This document shows, piece after piece, positions 10,561-22,600 of a stretch of DNA of 64,000 nt (position 1 is its first letter; each line of letters begins with the position of its first letter). The DNA is taken from the NCBI GenBank assembly GCA_014905635.1, contig JABVCE010000002.1, positions 2,666,001-2,730,000 on the forward strand. Direction: 5' to 3'. Source of the DNA: Scenedesmus sp. PABB004 (lineage: Eukaryota). The position numbers and the translations under genes are program-made. The notes beneath the pieces were generated by a model. It did no database searches, was not told the DNA's origin, and was given only the letters and a program-made list of their open reading frames with translations.

Positions 10561-13224
10561 CGTCGTCGACGTCGCTGTTGCCGCCCACCTCCATGCTGTC
10601 CTCATGCTCCGCCCCGGGCCACCAGCCCGCCGGCGCGCGCGCCCCCGCGCGCGGCAGGTGCGGTGCCTGGTCCACGGCCCCGGGGCTGGCCGCGCCGCCC
10701 GCGCGCGTGCCCGCGGTGCTGCGCTGCGCTGCGGGCGAGCCCGACGCGGCGCGCATGTCGACGCTGATGGCCACGGCCAGGCGGTGCTGCTCCGCGGGCG
10801 TGAGCGCGCTCTGAGACATAGTCACGAGCGCGTCGGCGGCGGAGGCGTCCGACGCGTCCGACGGGCTGCGCGGGCGCGCCGGCAGCGGCGGGGACGCGCG
10901 TGGGCGGCGGGTCGGCCACGCGCGCGCGCGCGCCCCCGCCCCGGCGCGGCGCGGGGCCGCCGCCGCCGCACGTGTGGATGAGGATGCGGCCCAGCAGCGC
11001 TTCCACGCTCTCCACCGGCCGCGCCGGCAGGCTGGCGCCCGCGTCCTCGTCGCCGCCGACCTCCCAGTCCATCGCCGCAGCGCCGCCCAGCCAGCCGCGG
11101 TCGGCCTGCCACTGGAGGCCGGGCCCCTCGCTCGCCGCGCGGCCGCCGGCGTTGAACGCGCCGCCGGGGCGGCCCAGCCGGCCGCGCGCGCGCGCGGGGC
11201 TGGGGCTCGCGGAGCCGCGGCCGCGCGGGCCGCCGTCGTGGCTGCCGCCGCGCTGGGGCTCGTCGTACGCCGATGCCGCGTCGGGCTGGCTCATGCTGCG
11301 CAGGGGGCCGTCCAGCAGGTACTCGTCGCCCGCCAGCCAGCGGCTCACCTGCGGCGCGGCGCGGGGGCGGGCTGACAGGGGCGGCGCCCGCAGCGCGCGG
11401 CGCCGGGCGCCGCGCGAGCCCCGCCCCGCCCCGCGCGCCGCGCCCGCACCTGTGCGCGCCGCCGCCGGCGCGGGCGCCTGCGCGCCGCCTCCTCCTCCTC
11501 GCTGTCGCTCGCCGCAACCGGCGCGCTGCCGCCGCGCCGCGCGCTCGCGTCATCGCTGAGCTCGCCGTCGCCGGGCGGCGCGCTGCCGCGCAGGAAGCCC
11601 CCCACGCGCCGCGCGCCCGGCACGGGGCTGCCGCCGCTGGCGGCGGGCGGCGCGCCGCCGGCATCGGGCCCGGCGGCGACCGCGGGCGGGGCGCCGGCGC
11701 CGGCGCCGGCGCCGGCGGCCGCAGGCGCGGGCATCACGAAGGGCGCCGCTGCGGCGGCGGCGGCGGCCTGCGCCGCGGCCTTGGCGCGCGCGCTGTCGAC
11801 GAGGTGCTCGGGGCGGTGCTCGTGGACGTGCTTGCTGAAAAACATGCCGCACGCGTTGCACAGCGTCAGGCCCGCGTTGCCGGCGCGCCACACGGTGCTG
11901 ACGGTGGTGCCGCAGTTGGCGCACATCTGCGCACGCGCGTGCGGCGGCGGCGGCGCGTCAGCGCATGCAGGGAGGGGGGGGGGGGGGGGGGGACCGCAGC
12001 GACGAGCGCGCGCGCGCGGGCGCTCACAAACTTGCGCCCCGCGGTGGGCGTGCCGGCGCGCTTGGGCTGGCTGGGGTCGTGCACCGCGTTGTGCGGCGCG
12101 CCGGGCGCGCCGCTCGCCGCGCGGGCCGCCGCGAGCGTCGCCGCGCGCTCGTGCGCGCGCACGGCGCGGATGGCCGCCTCCGGCACGGCCGCCCCCGCGC
12201 CGCGCAGCTCGGCGAGCACGGCCGCGGGGCTGGCGCAGGGGCCCGCCGGCTGCCCGTCCCCGGGGGGCGGCAGGAAGGCGGCGGGCTCGCCGGCCGGCGC
12301 CGCGCGCCAGCCGGTCTCGGCGAGCGCCGGCCAGAGCGCCGCCTCCCAGAGCCCCGGGTCGGCGCGCAGCGCCTCCTCCAGCGCGGGCCAGGGCAGCAAC
12401 AGCTCGTCCACCACGAACTCGGCCTGCGGCGGCGTGCGTGCGTCGATCGGCGCGCGGCCGCGGCCGGCGTGCCAGGCGCGCGGCCGGCCAGGCGCCGCGT
12501 AATCCGGGGCGAGCCCGCACCGTCTGCACGCCCGTGACGCCGCACTCCTGGAACAGCGCGCGCGCCAGCGCGGGGGCCCCCGCCTCGCGCGCGAGCGCGG
12601 CCGCCAGGGCCGCCAGGGACAGGCTGCAGGCGTCGAACGACTTGAACGCCCCCGCTAGCGCGCGGTCGGACTTGAGGCAGCGCCCCACAGCTGCGGGGCG
12701 CGCAATGGGGGCGCGCGCGGGCCTCGGCGCGTCGCGGGGGCGCGGCCGGGGCGGTCGGCCTGCGCCAGCGCGCTGACCGGCCGCCCGCGGGGCGCGCGCG
12801 GGCCGGACCCGTGCTCAGGGCTCGCAGCAGCCGGATGCGCATGTTGCCCGAGACCAGCGCGCCCGGCTGGAAGCCCCGGGCCTCGAGGGCCAGCACATGC
12901 GCGTGCGCCCGGCTGTGCGCGTAGGCGGAGGCGTAGAACTCGCGGATCGCCTCCTCCTGCGACCGAGGAGCACGGGAGTGACGCCCGGCGGGCGGCAGCG
13001 GCTGCGGCGGCGCGCGCCGCGCCGAGCGGCGGCGCTGCTGCTGCGCGCGCCGCGCGGCCGCGCGGCCGCGGCCGCCGCCGGCGCACCTCCAGGCCGGGCA
13101 GCAGCACCTCACGGATGGCAGCGAAGTCACGCCCGAAGAGCAGCAGGCCGACGTGAAGCGCCTGCAGCTCCGCTGCGCCGAGCGCCGGTCTCGCCGGCGG
13201 CGCGCCGCCGCCGCCGGGCGCCAT
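8764..13224 (-). CDS. SANT-like domain plus two GATA zinc fingers, transcription/chromatin regulator (about 10 exons)
   Basis: Exons join in frame through GT-AG junctions from MAPGG...ALHVGLLLFGRDFAAIRE (SANT-like) to CANCGTTVSTVWRAGNAGLTLCNAC (11849-11923) and CANCGSDHTCLWRRDK|DDAGRTLCNAC (9707-9897). Confidence 0.75.
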
Positions 13225-14148
13225 GCCGCCCGCGCCCCGCGCCGCCGCCCGAGCACTGTCCGTTCGCCCCGACTGGCCGCCGCGGGCGCCTGCGGCGTCG
13301 GGGCGGTCAGCTCGCGGCCCGGCCCGGTCGCTGCGGGCCGCTGGCGGTCGGCTGGCGCGCGCTGAGAGCGGCTCGCACGTCTGCCAGGCGCGAGCCGGCG
13401 TGCGGGGAGGAGTGGCAGCCACCCGGCGAGACGCCCGGCATCGGTCGCTCTGCTGGGCCGCGGGGTTGTAGCAGCCGCGCCCGCGCCCGCCGGGCAGGCT
13501 AACGCTGACGAGGGCGAGCCCGGACGTTCAGTCAGGCCGCGACGCAGCCGGTGCGGCGGCGCCTGCGGCGGACGCGTGCGCGCGCTGCCGCGCGCCGCGC
13601 TGCCGCCGCCGCCGCGCTGCCGCCACGCCCTGGGCGGCCCCCACGCGGAGCCGGCGCCACCACCAGCCGGTCACACACGCGCGCGCCGGCCGCCGGCCGC
13701 CGGCCGCCGGCTGCCGGCCGCCCGCCAGCCGCCGCCGCCGCAGACCCGCTGCAACGCGCGGCGCAGACCCAGCGCGGCTGCGCCGCGCGTTTCACACGCG
13801 GCTCCCGACCGACCAGGCACCGCGGTGGGCACGTCTGTCACGCGCGCCAGGAGCTGGTCGCCAATCTGTAGCAGAGGCGCGACCAGCTGCACGGCCGCGT
13901 GGCAGACATGGCCGCCGCCAGCCCGCGGTCGCGCCGCCCACCTCCAGCGCGCGCCGCCGCCGTCGCGCGCGTTCACACACCAGGCCAACATGAGCACAGG
14001 AGGAGGAAACGAAAGTACACAGGGCGCCGCGTTGGGGCGCCGCACAGCACGCGGCCCCGTCCGCCCCCCGCCGGCCGCCGGCCACAAAATGGCGGCCGGA
14101 TCCGCCCACGCCCGCCCCCGCCCCACACCGCGGGCGGCCACCCGCCCC

Positions 14149-14880
14149 TCACTTGCCGCCGCCGCCGCCCGCGCCGGCCGCCTCGCCCGCCTCAGCCGCG
14201 AGCGCGTTGCGCATGCGGCTGAGCGCGGCGTTGGCCTCGTCGCTGCCCGCCTCGACCTCCTGATACAGCAGCTCGTCGGCGACGGCGTCGAGGAAGTCCG
14301 GGTTGTCCAGCAGCTCGTCCAGCGCCTCCGCGAGCGACGCGTCGTCGTCGGGGTACTGGGCCTTGTAGTACGCCGTCGTCACACCCACGCCCAGGCCCGC
14401 GCCGAGCAGGCCAAACAGCGCCTCGCGCCGGCTCGGCGCGCCGCCGGGCGCCGCGCGCGGCGGCGGGGGCGGCGGCGGCGGCGGCGGCGGCGGCGCGCCC
14501 CAGCGCCCCGGCCCCGCGTCGGGCGCCTTGGGCTGCGCCTCGACGTCCACCTCGTAGCCGCGCCTGGCGCGGCGTGGGCGGCGGCGGCGCGCGTGCAGCG
14601 GCGTCGGCGGCGGCCGCGGGCGCGTCCCGGCGGCGACCGTTCGCAGCCCGAGCGTTCGCAGACCGTGCGGCACGAGCGTTCGCGGCGGCCGGGCCGACCG
14701 CCCGCGCGGCCTGCCGGCGCGGGCGGCCGCCGGCCGCCGCTGCTCCGCCGCGCGCGGGCGCCGCACGCACCCGACCACGCGCAGGCGCCTGCTGGTGCGG
14801 GACGTCGCCGGCGTCGTCGTGGCAGCGGGCCGGCACGCGCTGCGGGCGCCCGCGAGCCGCGCCCCCGCACGGGCGGCCAT
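14149..14880 (-). CDS. Hypothetical plastid-targeted single-TM protein (2 exons)
   Basis: Transit-like MAARAGARL...RRLRVVG, then an intron at ~14565-14770, then SRREALFGLLGAGLGVGV (RR plus hydrophobic stretch) and an acidic helical tail. Confidence 0.6.
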   Translation of the reverse strand: MAARAGARLAGARSACRPAATTTPATSRTSRRLRVVGCVRRPRAAEQRRPAAARAGRPRGRSARPPRTLVPHGLRTLGLRTVAAGTRPRPPPTPLHARRRRPRRARRGYEVDVEAQPKAPDAGPGRWGAPPPPPPPPPPPPRAAPGGAPSRREALFGLLGAGLGVGVTTAYYKAQYPDDDASLAEALDELLDNPDFLDAVADELLYQEVEAGSDEANAALSRMRNALAAEAGEAAGAGGGGGK

Positions 14881-15194
14881 GCTGCTCTCGGCTGCTGCTC
14901 CCCGGCGGCGCGTGCGTGTCGGCGCGCCTCCCGCGCGATCGGTCGTGCCTGCGAGCTGGTGACGCGCTGCGCTGGGAGCGGCGGCGGCACTTGGGACGGG
15001 CGGCAGCCGCCGGCAGCGGTGCAGCAGCGCAAAACACGCGGCGTCACGCGCGGCGGCTGAACGCGCGCGCAGCTGCAGGCGTCCCACACCCGTCACACCG
15101 CCGTGAGGGGCAGCATTCGAACAGCCGGCGCGCCGCCACACGCCGCCGTCGCACGCCGCACGCGGCCGGACGCTGCTCGCGCGGCGGCGGGGGC

Positions 15195-16172
15195 ATGCGC
15201 GCCGCCGCCGCCAGCCGCTGCAGCTGGCGGCCGCACCCCAGCCCCGCTGCCCCCGCTGCTGGCCGCTGCTCGCGGCGCGCCGCGCCCGCCGCCCGCGCGG
15301 CGGCGCAGGAGGAGCAGCAGCAGCAGCACGCGGCGGCGCCGCCCGGCGGCGGCGGCGGGCCGGGCGACGCGGCGGGCGCGCGCGGGCTGGACGTGGAGTA
15401 CGCCCACTACGCGCTGCGCGGCGCGGGGCCGGGCGAGCCCGCGACGCGCGCGGTGCCGGCGTGGGTGGCGCTCGTCGACGCGGCCGGGCGCGCGCTGCTC
15501 GTCACGCGCGTCGCGCCGCCGGCCGACCTCCCGCCCGGAGCGGCGCACGTCGGCGGCGTCCCGCCGGCCGAGACCGCGGGCGCGCCGCCGCTCGGCGACG
15601 TGATGCGCGCGCTCGCGGCGCTCGCGGAGGGCCGGCTGCTCGTGGGGCACGGCCTGGCCAAGGACCTCGCCGCCCTCGCCTGGGCGCACCCGGCGCGCCT
15701 GCGCTTCGACATGATGGCCCACCCCGCGTTCTGCAACGCCGCGGGCAACGCGCGCAGCCTGCGCCGCCTCGCGGCGGCGCACCTCGGCCTGGCCATCCAG
15801 GGCGGCGAGCCGCCGGCGCCGCCGGCGCCGCCGCCGGCGCGCGGGCGGCGGCGGGCGCGGCGCGGGCCGCCGCCGGCGCCGCGGCCGCGGCACGACCCGG
15901 TCGAGGACGCGGCGGCGGCGATGCGGCTCTTCCAGGAGGCACGGCGGCGGAGCGCGCAGCGCGGCGGCGCGGCGGCGGGCGCGGCGGCGGTGCGGCTCAC
16001 GCGCGTGCCCCCGCGCGCGCAGGTCGTGGTGCCCGCCAGCTACGACGGCCGCGTCGCGGCAGCGACAGAGGCTCTGCTGCGCGACATGCGCGCGCGGCGG
16101 GGCGCGCTGGACGGGGAGGAGGGCGAGGAGGGCGGGGAGGAGGAGGAGGCGGAGGAGCTGGAGGCGGGCTGA
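15195..16172 (+). CDS. DEDDh 3'-5' exonuclease, REX4-like, with putative organellar transit peptide
   Basis: ExoI LDVE, ExoII LVGHGLAKD and ExoIII HDPVEDA motifs, plus SLRRLAAAHLGLAIQ. Possible GC-AG intron 15939-16022. Confidence 0.8.
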   Translation: MRAAAASRCSWRPHPSPAAPAAGRCSRRAAPAARAAAQEEQQQQHAAAPPGGGGGPGDAAGARGLDVEYAHYALRGAGPGEPATRAVPAWVALVDAAGRALLVTRVAPPADLPPGAAHVGGVPPAETAGAPPLGDVMRALAALAEGRLLVGHGLAKDLAALAWAHPARLRFDMMAHPAFCNAAGNARSLRRLAAAHLGLAIQGGEPPAPPAPPPARGRRRARRGPPPAPRPRHDPVEDAAAAMRLFQEARRRSAQRGGAAAGAAAVRLTRVPPRAQVVVPASYDGRVAAATEALLRDMRARRGALDGEEGEEGGEEEEAEELEAG

Positions 16173-16532
16173 CGCGCGGCGGGCCCGGCCCAGCGCTCAC
16201 GCCCCTGCATGGCGCGGTGCGCAGCCCACATGCCGCACTGTACCCGCTCGTCGCCACGCGGCGAGCCATGGCAGCCCAGGCCACCCTGCCGCCGGCGCCC
16301 CGCTGCGGTCGAGGCGGACGGTCGCGGCGGGCAAGGTGCACGGCGCAGCGCGGGCCCGCCGCCGGGTGCCGAGCTGGCTGTCGCTCACTGCCGCGGCTCA
16401 CCGCGCGCTGCCCTCGGCAGGCTTTCCTGCCACCTCGGCGACGCCAAGAGGCCGGCGTCTGCGCCCAGGTGGGACTGCTTGCCGCCGCCGGTGTGGCGCC
16501 CTGGGCCCGCGAGGCGAGTAACGCAGCTGCCT

Positions 16533-16537
16533 TTACA
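16533..16537 (-). terminator. TGTAA polyadenylation signal for the coiled-coil gene
   Basis: TTACA on the + strand, ~145 nt beyond the stop at 16681. TGTAA is the established chlorophyte poly(A) signal. Confidence 0.55.
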
Positions 16538-16680
16538 GTTTGAACATCACGCACGCACGCCGAGTCCTTCTTTATTCGCAGTCGCCGCACCCTCTCCTGC
16601 TGTGCGCGGTGGTCGCGCGCCGCCGCTCGCCGCTGCCTGCTGCCCAGTTCTTGCCCCGATGCCGCTCACCGCTGCCAGGC

Positions 16681-19600
16681 TCACTCCTGCTGCTGCGCCG
16701 CGGAGCTGCCGCCGACGCCAGCCAGCGCGGCGCGCAGCGCGGCCCGCAGCTCGGCCACCTGCCCCTCCATGCCCTGTGCGCCGGGCGGGCGGGCGTCGGT
16801 GCGCGGCAGCGCGCGCCGCGCGGCAGGCGCGGGCAGGCCGGCCGGCCCGGCCCTCCCGAGCTCCGCCCCCTGCGCGCTCACGCTCAGCGCCTCCTGGTGG
16901 CTCGCGCGCACGGCGCCCGCCGCGACGTCGGCCGCCGCGGCCGCGTCCGCCGCGGCGGTGCCCAGCTGCGCGGGCGCGGGCGCCGCGTCCGCGTCGGGCA
17001 GGGCCGCCAGCTCGTCCATCATCAGCCCCACCGACGCCGTCATCGCGGTGCGCACCGCCTCGAGCTTGCCCTCCACCGCGGTGATCGCCGCCGCGTGCGG
17101 GCCGAGCGCGGCGAGCGGGTTGCGCTTGGCGGGGCTGCCGCGTGCGTTGATGGCGCCCAGGGCCACCAGCTGGTCGGCGAGCACGTCCAGCCCGCGCCGC
17201 GCGACCGCCACGGCGCCGCGCAGGCGCGCCTCAACGTCGCCGACGCGCTCCGCCAGCGCCGGCAGCGCGCCCGCCAGCGCCGCCAGCCGGCCCGCCGCCG
17301 CCGCGCCCTGCGAGTCGGCGTCGGCCAGCCGCGCCGCGAGGCGCCGGCCGAGCGCGAGGCACTCGCCCGTCGCGCACAGGCTCGCCTCCGCGCCCGACAG
17401 CCGGCGCGCCAGGCCGTGCACGTCAGCCTGCGAGGAGAGGGTGGTGGGGGGAGAGCGTCACGCGCGCCGCGCCTGGTCGCGGCTCGGCGTCCGCCGCCGC
17501 GCGCGCGGCGCGCACCTGCAGCCGCCGCAGCGAGCCGGCCACCTCGAGCGCCCCGCCCGCCTCCGCGCCGCCGCCGCCGCCGCCGCCGCCGGCGGCCAGG
17601 CCCTCGAGCGCGGCCAGGCGCTGCAGGATGAGGCCGTGGCCGACGTGCAGCTCCCGCAGCATGACCTGCGTGCCGTCCGCCACCTCCATGAGCGGCGCAA
17701 GGCGGCGCTCCAGCGCGGCGAGGCGCGGCCCCTGCCCGGCGCCGTCGGCGCCGTCGCCGCCCTCGCCGGCGCCGGCGGCCTCGCTGGACCCGGCGGCGCT
17801 GCCGGGCGCAACGCCCTGCAGCGGCGCCGCGGAGCCGCCGGCAAGCGCCGCGATCTGCGCCTCGTGCCGCGCCAGCGCCGCGCTGACCGCCGGGTGCGTG
17901 GCGCTGCCGACGGCGCGCAGGCAGGCAACCTGGTCCAGTATGGCCACCAGCACCTCGCCCGCCCCGCCGCGCGCGCCTGCGCTGGCGCAGCGCGCGAGCG
18001 CGGCAGCACCGCCGCTGCCGCCGGCGCCGTCCAGGGGCCCAGCCAGCGCGCGCAGCGCGGCCTGCAGCTGCGCCGCGAGGTCGGGGTCGTCGCCGTACGT
18101 CGCGAGCAGCCGCCGCGCGTGGCCCTCCACCACGCCCGCAAGGCGGCGCAGGAACGCCGCCTGCGCCGCCGGCGGCAGCGCCGCGAGCTCCGCGCTCGCC
18201 GCCGCCGCCGGGTCGGGGGGCGCCGCGGCGGGCACGGCGTCGCCGCTCGCGGCGCAGCCGTCGCCGTCGCCGCCCGTCAGGCTGCCAAACGCGCAGCCGT
18301 CGCCTGGCGCCTGGGCTGTGCTGCTGCAGCTCGCCGCGAGGCTGCTGAAGCTCAGGGCCGCCGCCAGCTCGCGGCGCGGCACCGCGCGCGCGCCGTCCGC
18401 GTCGTCGCCACGCTCGCCCCGCGTCGCCGCCAGGTCGCGCACCTGGGCCGCCAGGCCCGCCACCTGCTCCCGCAGCGCCTCGAGCGCCGCAGCTCCGCCC
18501 TCGCCCACGCCGCCGGGGCCTGCCGCCTCGCCCGAGCCCAGCAGCGCCTCGCCGGCCGGCGCCGCGGCGGGCGTGCCAGCGGCGCACGCGCCGGCTGCCG
18601 CCGCCGCCGCGGCCGCGGCAGCGGCTGCCGCTTCGGCCGCAGCGCCGACGTCGCCCCGCAGGGCGAGCAGGTCGGCGGCCAGCGCGGAGCTGTCGCCGTC
18701 CAGGCGCGCCACGTCGGCGCCGAGCCGCTCCACCAGCCCGGAGAGCTCGGCCAGTGTCGCCGGCTCGCCCGCCGCCGCCAGCCACGCCGCGCCGCGCCGG
18801 CCGCCGGCCGCGCGGCCGCGCGGCGTGGCGGGCGTGGAGGCCGGGCCGGCGGTGTGCTGAAGCACGGGGGCCGCTGCGGCCGCCGCCTCGAGCCGCGCCA
18901 GGCGGGCCTGGACCTCCTTGAGGATCGCGTGCACCAGCACCATGGGCCCAGCGACCGCCTCCGCCGCCTCGTCGGCCGCCGCCGACGCGACGAGCTGCGC
19001 CGCGCCCGCCTCGGAGATGCTGCTCGCGCGAGACACGCGCCGCCCGGCGCCCGCGCGCGCCGCGCCGTCGGCGGCGCCGCACACCGACACGGAGCGCCGG
19101 AAGCGCCCGGACGCGGGGCCGTGCGGGGCGGCCGCCTGCGCCGGGTGCGCCGCCGCCGCCGACTCCAGCGCCGCCAGCTTGGACTGCATCGCGCTCATCT
19201 GCGCCGCGAGGCCGACCGCCAGCGCCGTGACCTCCTCCCTGCTCGCCGCGACCTCCTCGGCCGGCCGCGGCGCGGGCTGAGCCCCCGCGAGCGCGGCCAG
19301 CGCGGCCTCGTGGTCGCCGAGGCGCGCGGCCAGGCCCTCGGTCGCCGCCGCCTGGTCGTCCAGGCGGGCCTTGATGTTGGACAGCCCCGCCACCAGCGCG
19401 CCGAAGCCGCCAGCGTCAGCCTGGCTGCTGCCGGCCGTGGGGCTGCGCGGCTGCTCCGCCGCGGCCTCGAGCTGCGCAAGCTGCGCCGCCGTGGCCGCCA
19501 GCGCGCTGCTCAGGCGCTGCTGCTGCTCGTCCGCCGCCGCGGCGGCCTCCGCGACGCGCGCCTGCAGCGCGGCGATGGCCGCGGCCGCGCCGTCCTGCGC

Positions 19601-22600
19601 TGCGGCGAGGCGCGCCAGCTCCTCCTTGGCCGCCTCCAGCTCGCCCTCGTCCGCGGCGCCCGCGTTGACCTCGGCCAGCTGGCGCGAGAGCTGCTCAATC
19701 TCCGCCTGCAGCGCGTCCAGGCGGCACGGCGCCGCGGCCGCAGCCGCAGCCGCCGCGCTCGCCTCCGCCGTGCCCGCGGCGTACTCCCTGAGGTCGCGCA
19801 CCGCGCGCAAGACCGCGGCGAGCTGCTCCTTGCTGGCCTGGCTCGCGCGCAGGCCCTCCAGCTCCTCCTGAAGCTGCACCACGAGCGACAGCGGCGCGCG
19901 CAGCACGCCCTCCGCTGCGCCGCCGACAACCTGGCCCTCGTCGACGGCCGGCGCCTGCGCCGCGGCCAGCGCACCCTGCAGCTCGTCCACGCGTGCACAC
20001 AGCCCCGCGAGCGCCTCCCGCATGGCCTCCACGTCGGCCTCCATCATCACGCCGGGCGGCGCGGCGGCACCGGCGCTCGGGCGCGCAGCGGCCTGTGCGC
20101 CCGCCGCCGCCGCGCCGTCCTCCGGCGCCACCGTGGGCGGCGCCTCGGGCTCGGGGGCTGCCGGCGTGGCAGCCGGCTGCGCGACGGCCAGGGCGCCGCG
20201 CAGCTCCGCGAGCTGCGCCTGGAGCTCAAACTGCGCCGCCAGCACCGCCGCGAGGTCGGCGGGCGTCACGCCGGCGCGCTCTGCCACCGCGCCGCCGTCG
20301 CAGCTGGCGCCGCGGCTGGCGACTGCGAGCACCGCCTCTGGTGTGAGTGCGGCCTCCGGCGCGCGCTCGGCGGCCTCGCCCGCCTCTGCCAGCGCGGCAA
20401 AGGGGTCGAACGCGGCGCCGGCCGGGCCCTGGGACGCGCCCGGGGCGAGCTCGAGGTCCGACGCGGCGGCGCCGTCGGCGGCCTCGTCCGTCGCTGCGGC
20501 CGGCGCTGCCTCGGCCGTGGCCGCTGCCGTGGCAGTGGCGGCGGCCAGCGCCGTGCTGGCGCCGGACGCGGCCGTTGGCAGCGTGAGGCTCGGGCGCAGC
20601 CGGAACAGCGCACCGGCGCCCGAGGCGCGCGCGCTGCGCGGCGCGGCGCCCTTGTTCGCCTCAAACACGGCCTGCATCTGGGCGAATTGGGGGTGCGACG
20701 GTTGGTGCGCGGCGCTATGGTGCTGCGCGTGCCCGGGCGCCTGAGCGGCGCCTGGGCGGTGCGTCGGCGACGCACCTTGAGCCACGCGCCGTAGAGGCTG
20801 TCCCGCGCGGCAAAGATCATGCCCAGCTGCTCCGTCGTCACGCACCGCTCCGCGACCACGCCCTGCAGCTCCGAGACCACGCCCTGCAGCTCCTCAATGC
20901 TCTGCGCGGCGGCGGCGCGCCGCGCCCGAGTCGGGCAGGGCGCGCGCTGCGCGCTGCGGCAGCGGCCGGCCCGCCAGCGCGCCGCTGCCGCACCGTCCGC
21001 ACCTGCGCGAGCTCGCCGTGCCGGCGCGCCACCTCCCCGAGCAGCTCGCCGCGCAGACCCTCAATCGCGGCGGCCGCGGCGGCGCCCGCCTGCGCTCCGG
21101 CGCCCTCCGCCAGGGCAGCCAGCGCCTCGTCGCGCGCCTGCAGCGCGCCGAGCTGGACGCTGAGCAGCAGGTGCTGCTCCTGCGTCGCGTGCAGCTGGCC
21201 CTCCGCAGCGCGTGCGCCCTGCGCAAGCTCGTCAATGCGCTGCCCCAGGCCCTCCACTGCGCCGGGCAGGCCCCGCAGCGTCGCGACCACGCCTGCGAGC
21301 GCCGGCGCTGACGCGCAGCCCGCGAGTGCCTCCTCGTGCGCGGCGAGCCGCGCCGACGCGTCCGCGGCGGCGTCGTGCAGCGTCGCCAGCGGGGCGCCCA
21401 GCTCCGTGCGCAGCGCGGCCTCCGACTCGGCGTGCGCCGCCGTGAGCGCCTCCAGCCGCGCCGCGAGGCGGCCCACCGCCTCGGCCTGCGCGGCCTTGGC
21501 GGCGCCCGCGTCCGCCAGCATCAGCGCCAGCGTGCCCACCTGGTCGTGCTGCGCCGCCTCCAGCTCGCCCACGCACTCGCGCAGCTGCGCGACAGCAGAC
21601 GCGTCGCGCGCCGCGGCCTCTGCAGACCGCATCTCCGCCGCCCCCGCGCCGCGCTCCGCGGCGGCCGCCCGCTCGCGCTCCTCGGCCAGGCCCGCCTCCA
21701 GGGCGGCCACGCGCGACTGCAGGCTCACGACAAGCTCCTCCAGCGCCACCGCGGCCGGCTCGGCTGGCAGCGCTCCACCGCTTTGCTCCTCCACCGCCAC
21801 GGCGGCCTCCGCGATGCGCGCCTGCAGCGCGGCAATGGCCGCGGCCGCGCCGTCCTGCGCCGCGGCGAGGCGCGCCAGCTCCTCCTTGGCCGCCTCCAGC
21901 TCGCCCTCGTCCGCGGCGCCCGCGTTGACCTCGGCTAGCTGGCGAGAGAGCTGCTCAATCTCCGCCTGCAGCGCGTCCAGGCGGCACGGCGCCGCGGCCG
22001 CGACCTCACGCAGCGCCGCGACGCAGCCCCCAAGCTCGGCCACCTGCAGCCCCAGCGGAGCGAGCGCCGCGCGCGAGGCGGCCGCGGCAGCGCGCTGCTC
22101 CTCCAGCAGCGCGCCCTGCGCGGCCAGCTGCTGCGACATCGCCGCGACCTCACTGCGCAGCTCGTCGACGCCCGACTGCATCGCCGCCATCTCCCGGCCA
22201 GCCACCTCCGCCTGCAGGGCCGCCAGGTCGCCCAGCAGCAGGTCGGTGCTGGCGCTGGCGCTGCGGCTGGCCGTCACCGCCGCGGCAAAGATGGCCGCCG
22301 CGACGCCGGTGGGCGTGGGCAGCGCGCTGCCGCCGGCGGGGTGCTCCGCGCCAGGCGCGCAGGCGGGCGCCCGCGCGCCGGCGTCTGCGGGCTGCACGTC
22401 GGCCTCCGCCTGCCCGCTGGCCACCGCCTCCGCCTGCTCGCTGGCCACCGCCTCCGCGCCGTCAGCGGTCGGGCCTCGCGGGCCGGCCCCTGCCAACCCC
22501 TCCGCCGCCACGGACTCGTCGTTGGGCTGCGCAGAGTCGGCGCTGTAGAACTGCTCGCTGCGGGGCGTGTTCGCGGACTCCGACTGCGTGCGCGGCTGTG

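Noticed and set aside
13225..14148. Possible extra gene or exons between the SANT-GATA gene and the plastid protein (IGDQLLARVTDVP segment, AAAATGGCGGC motif)
   Set aside because: No coherent spliced ORF or recognisable domain. More likely UTR or promoter sequence.
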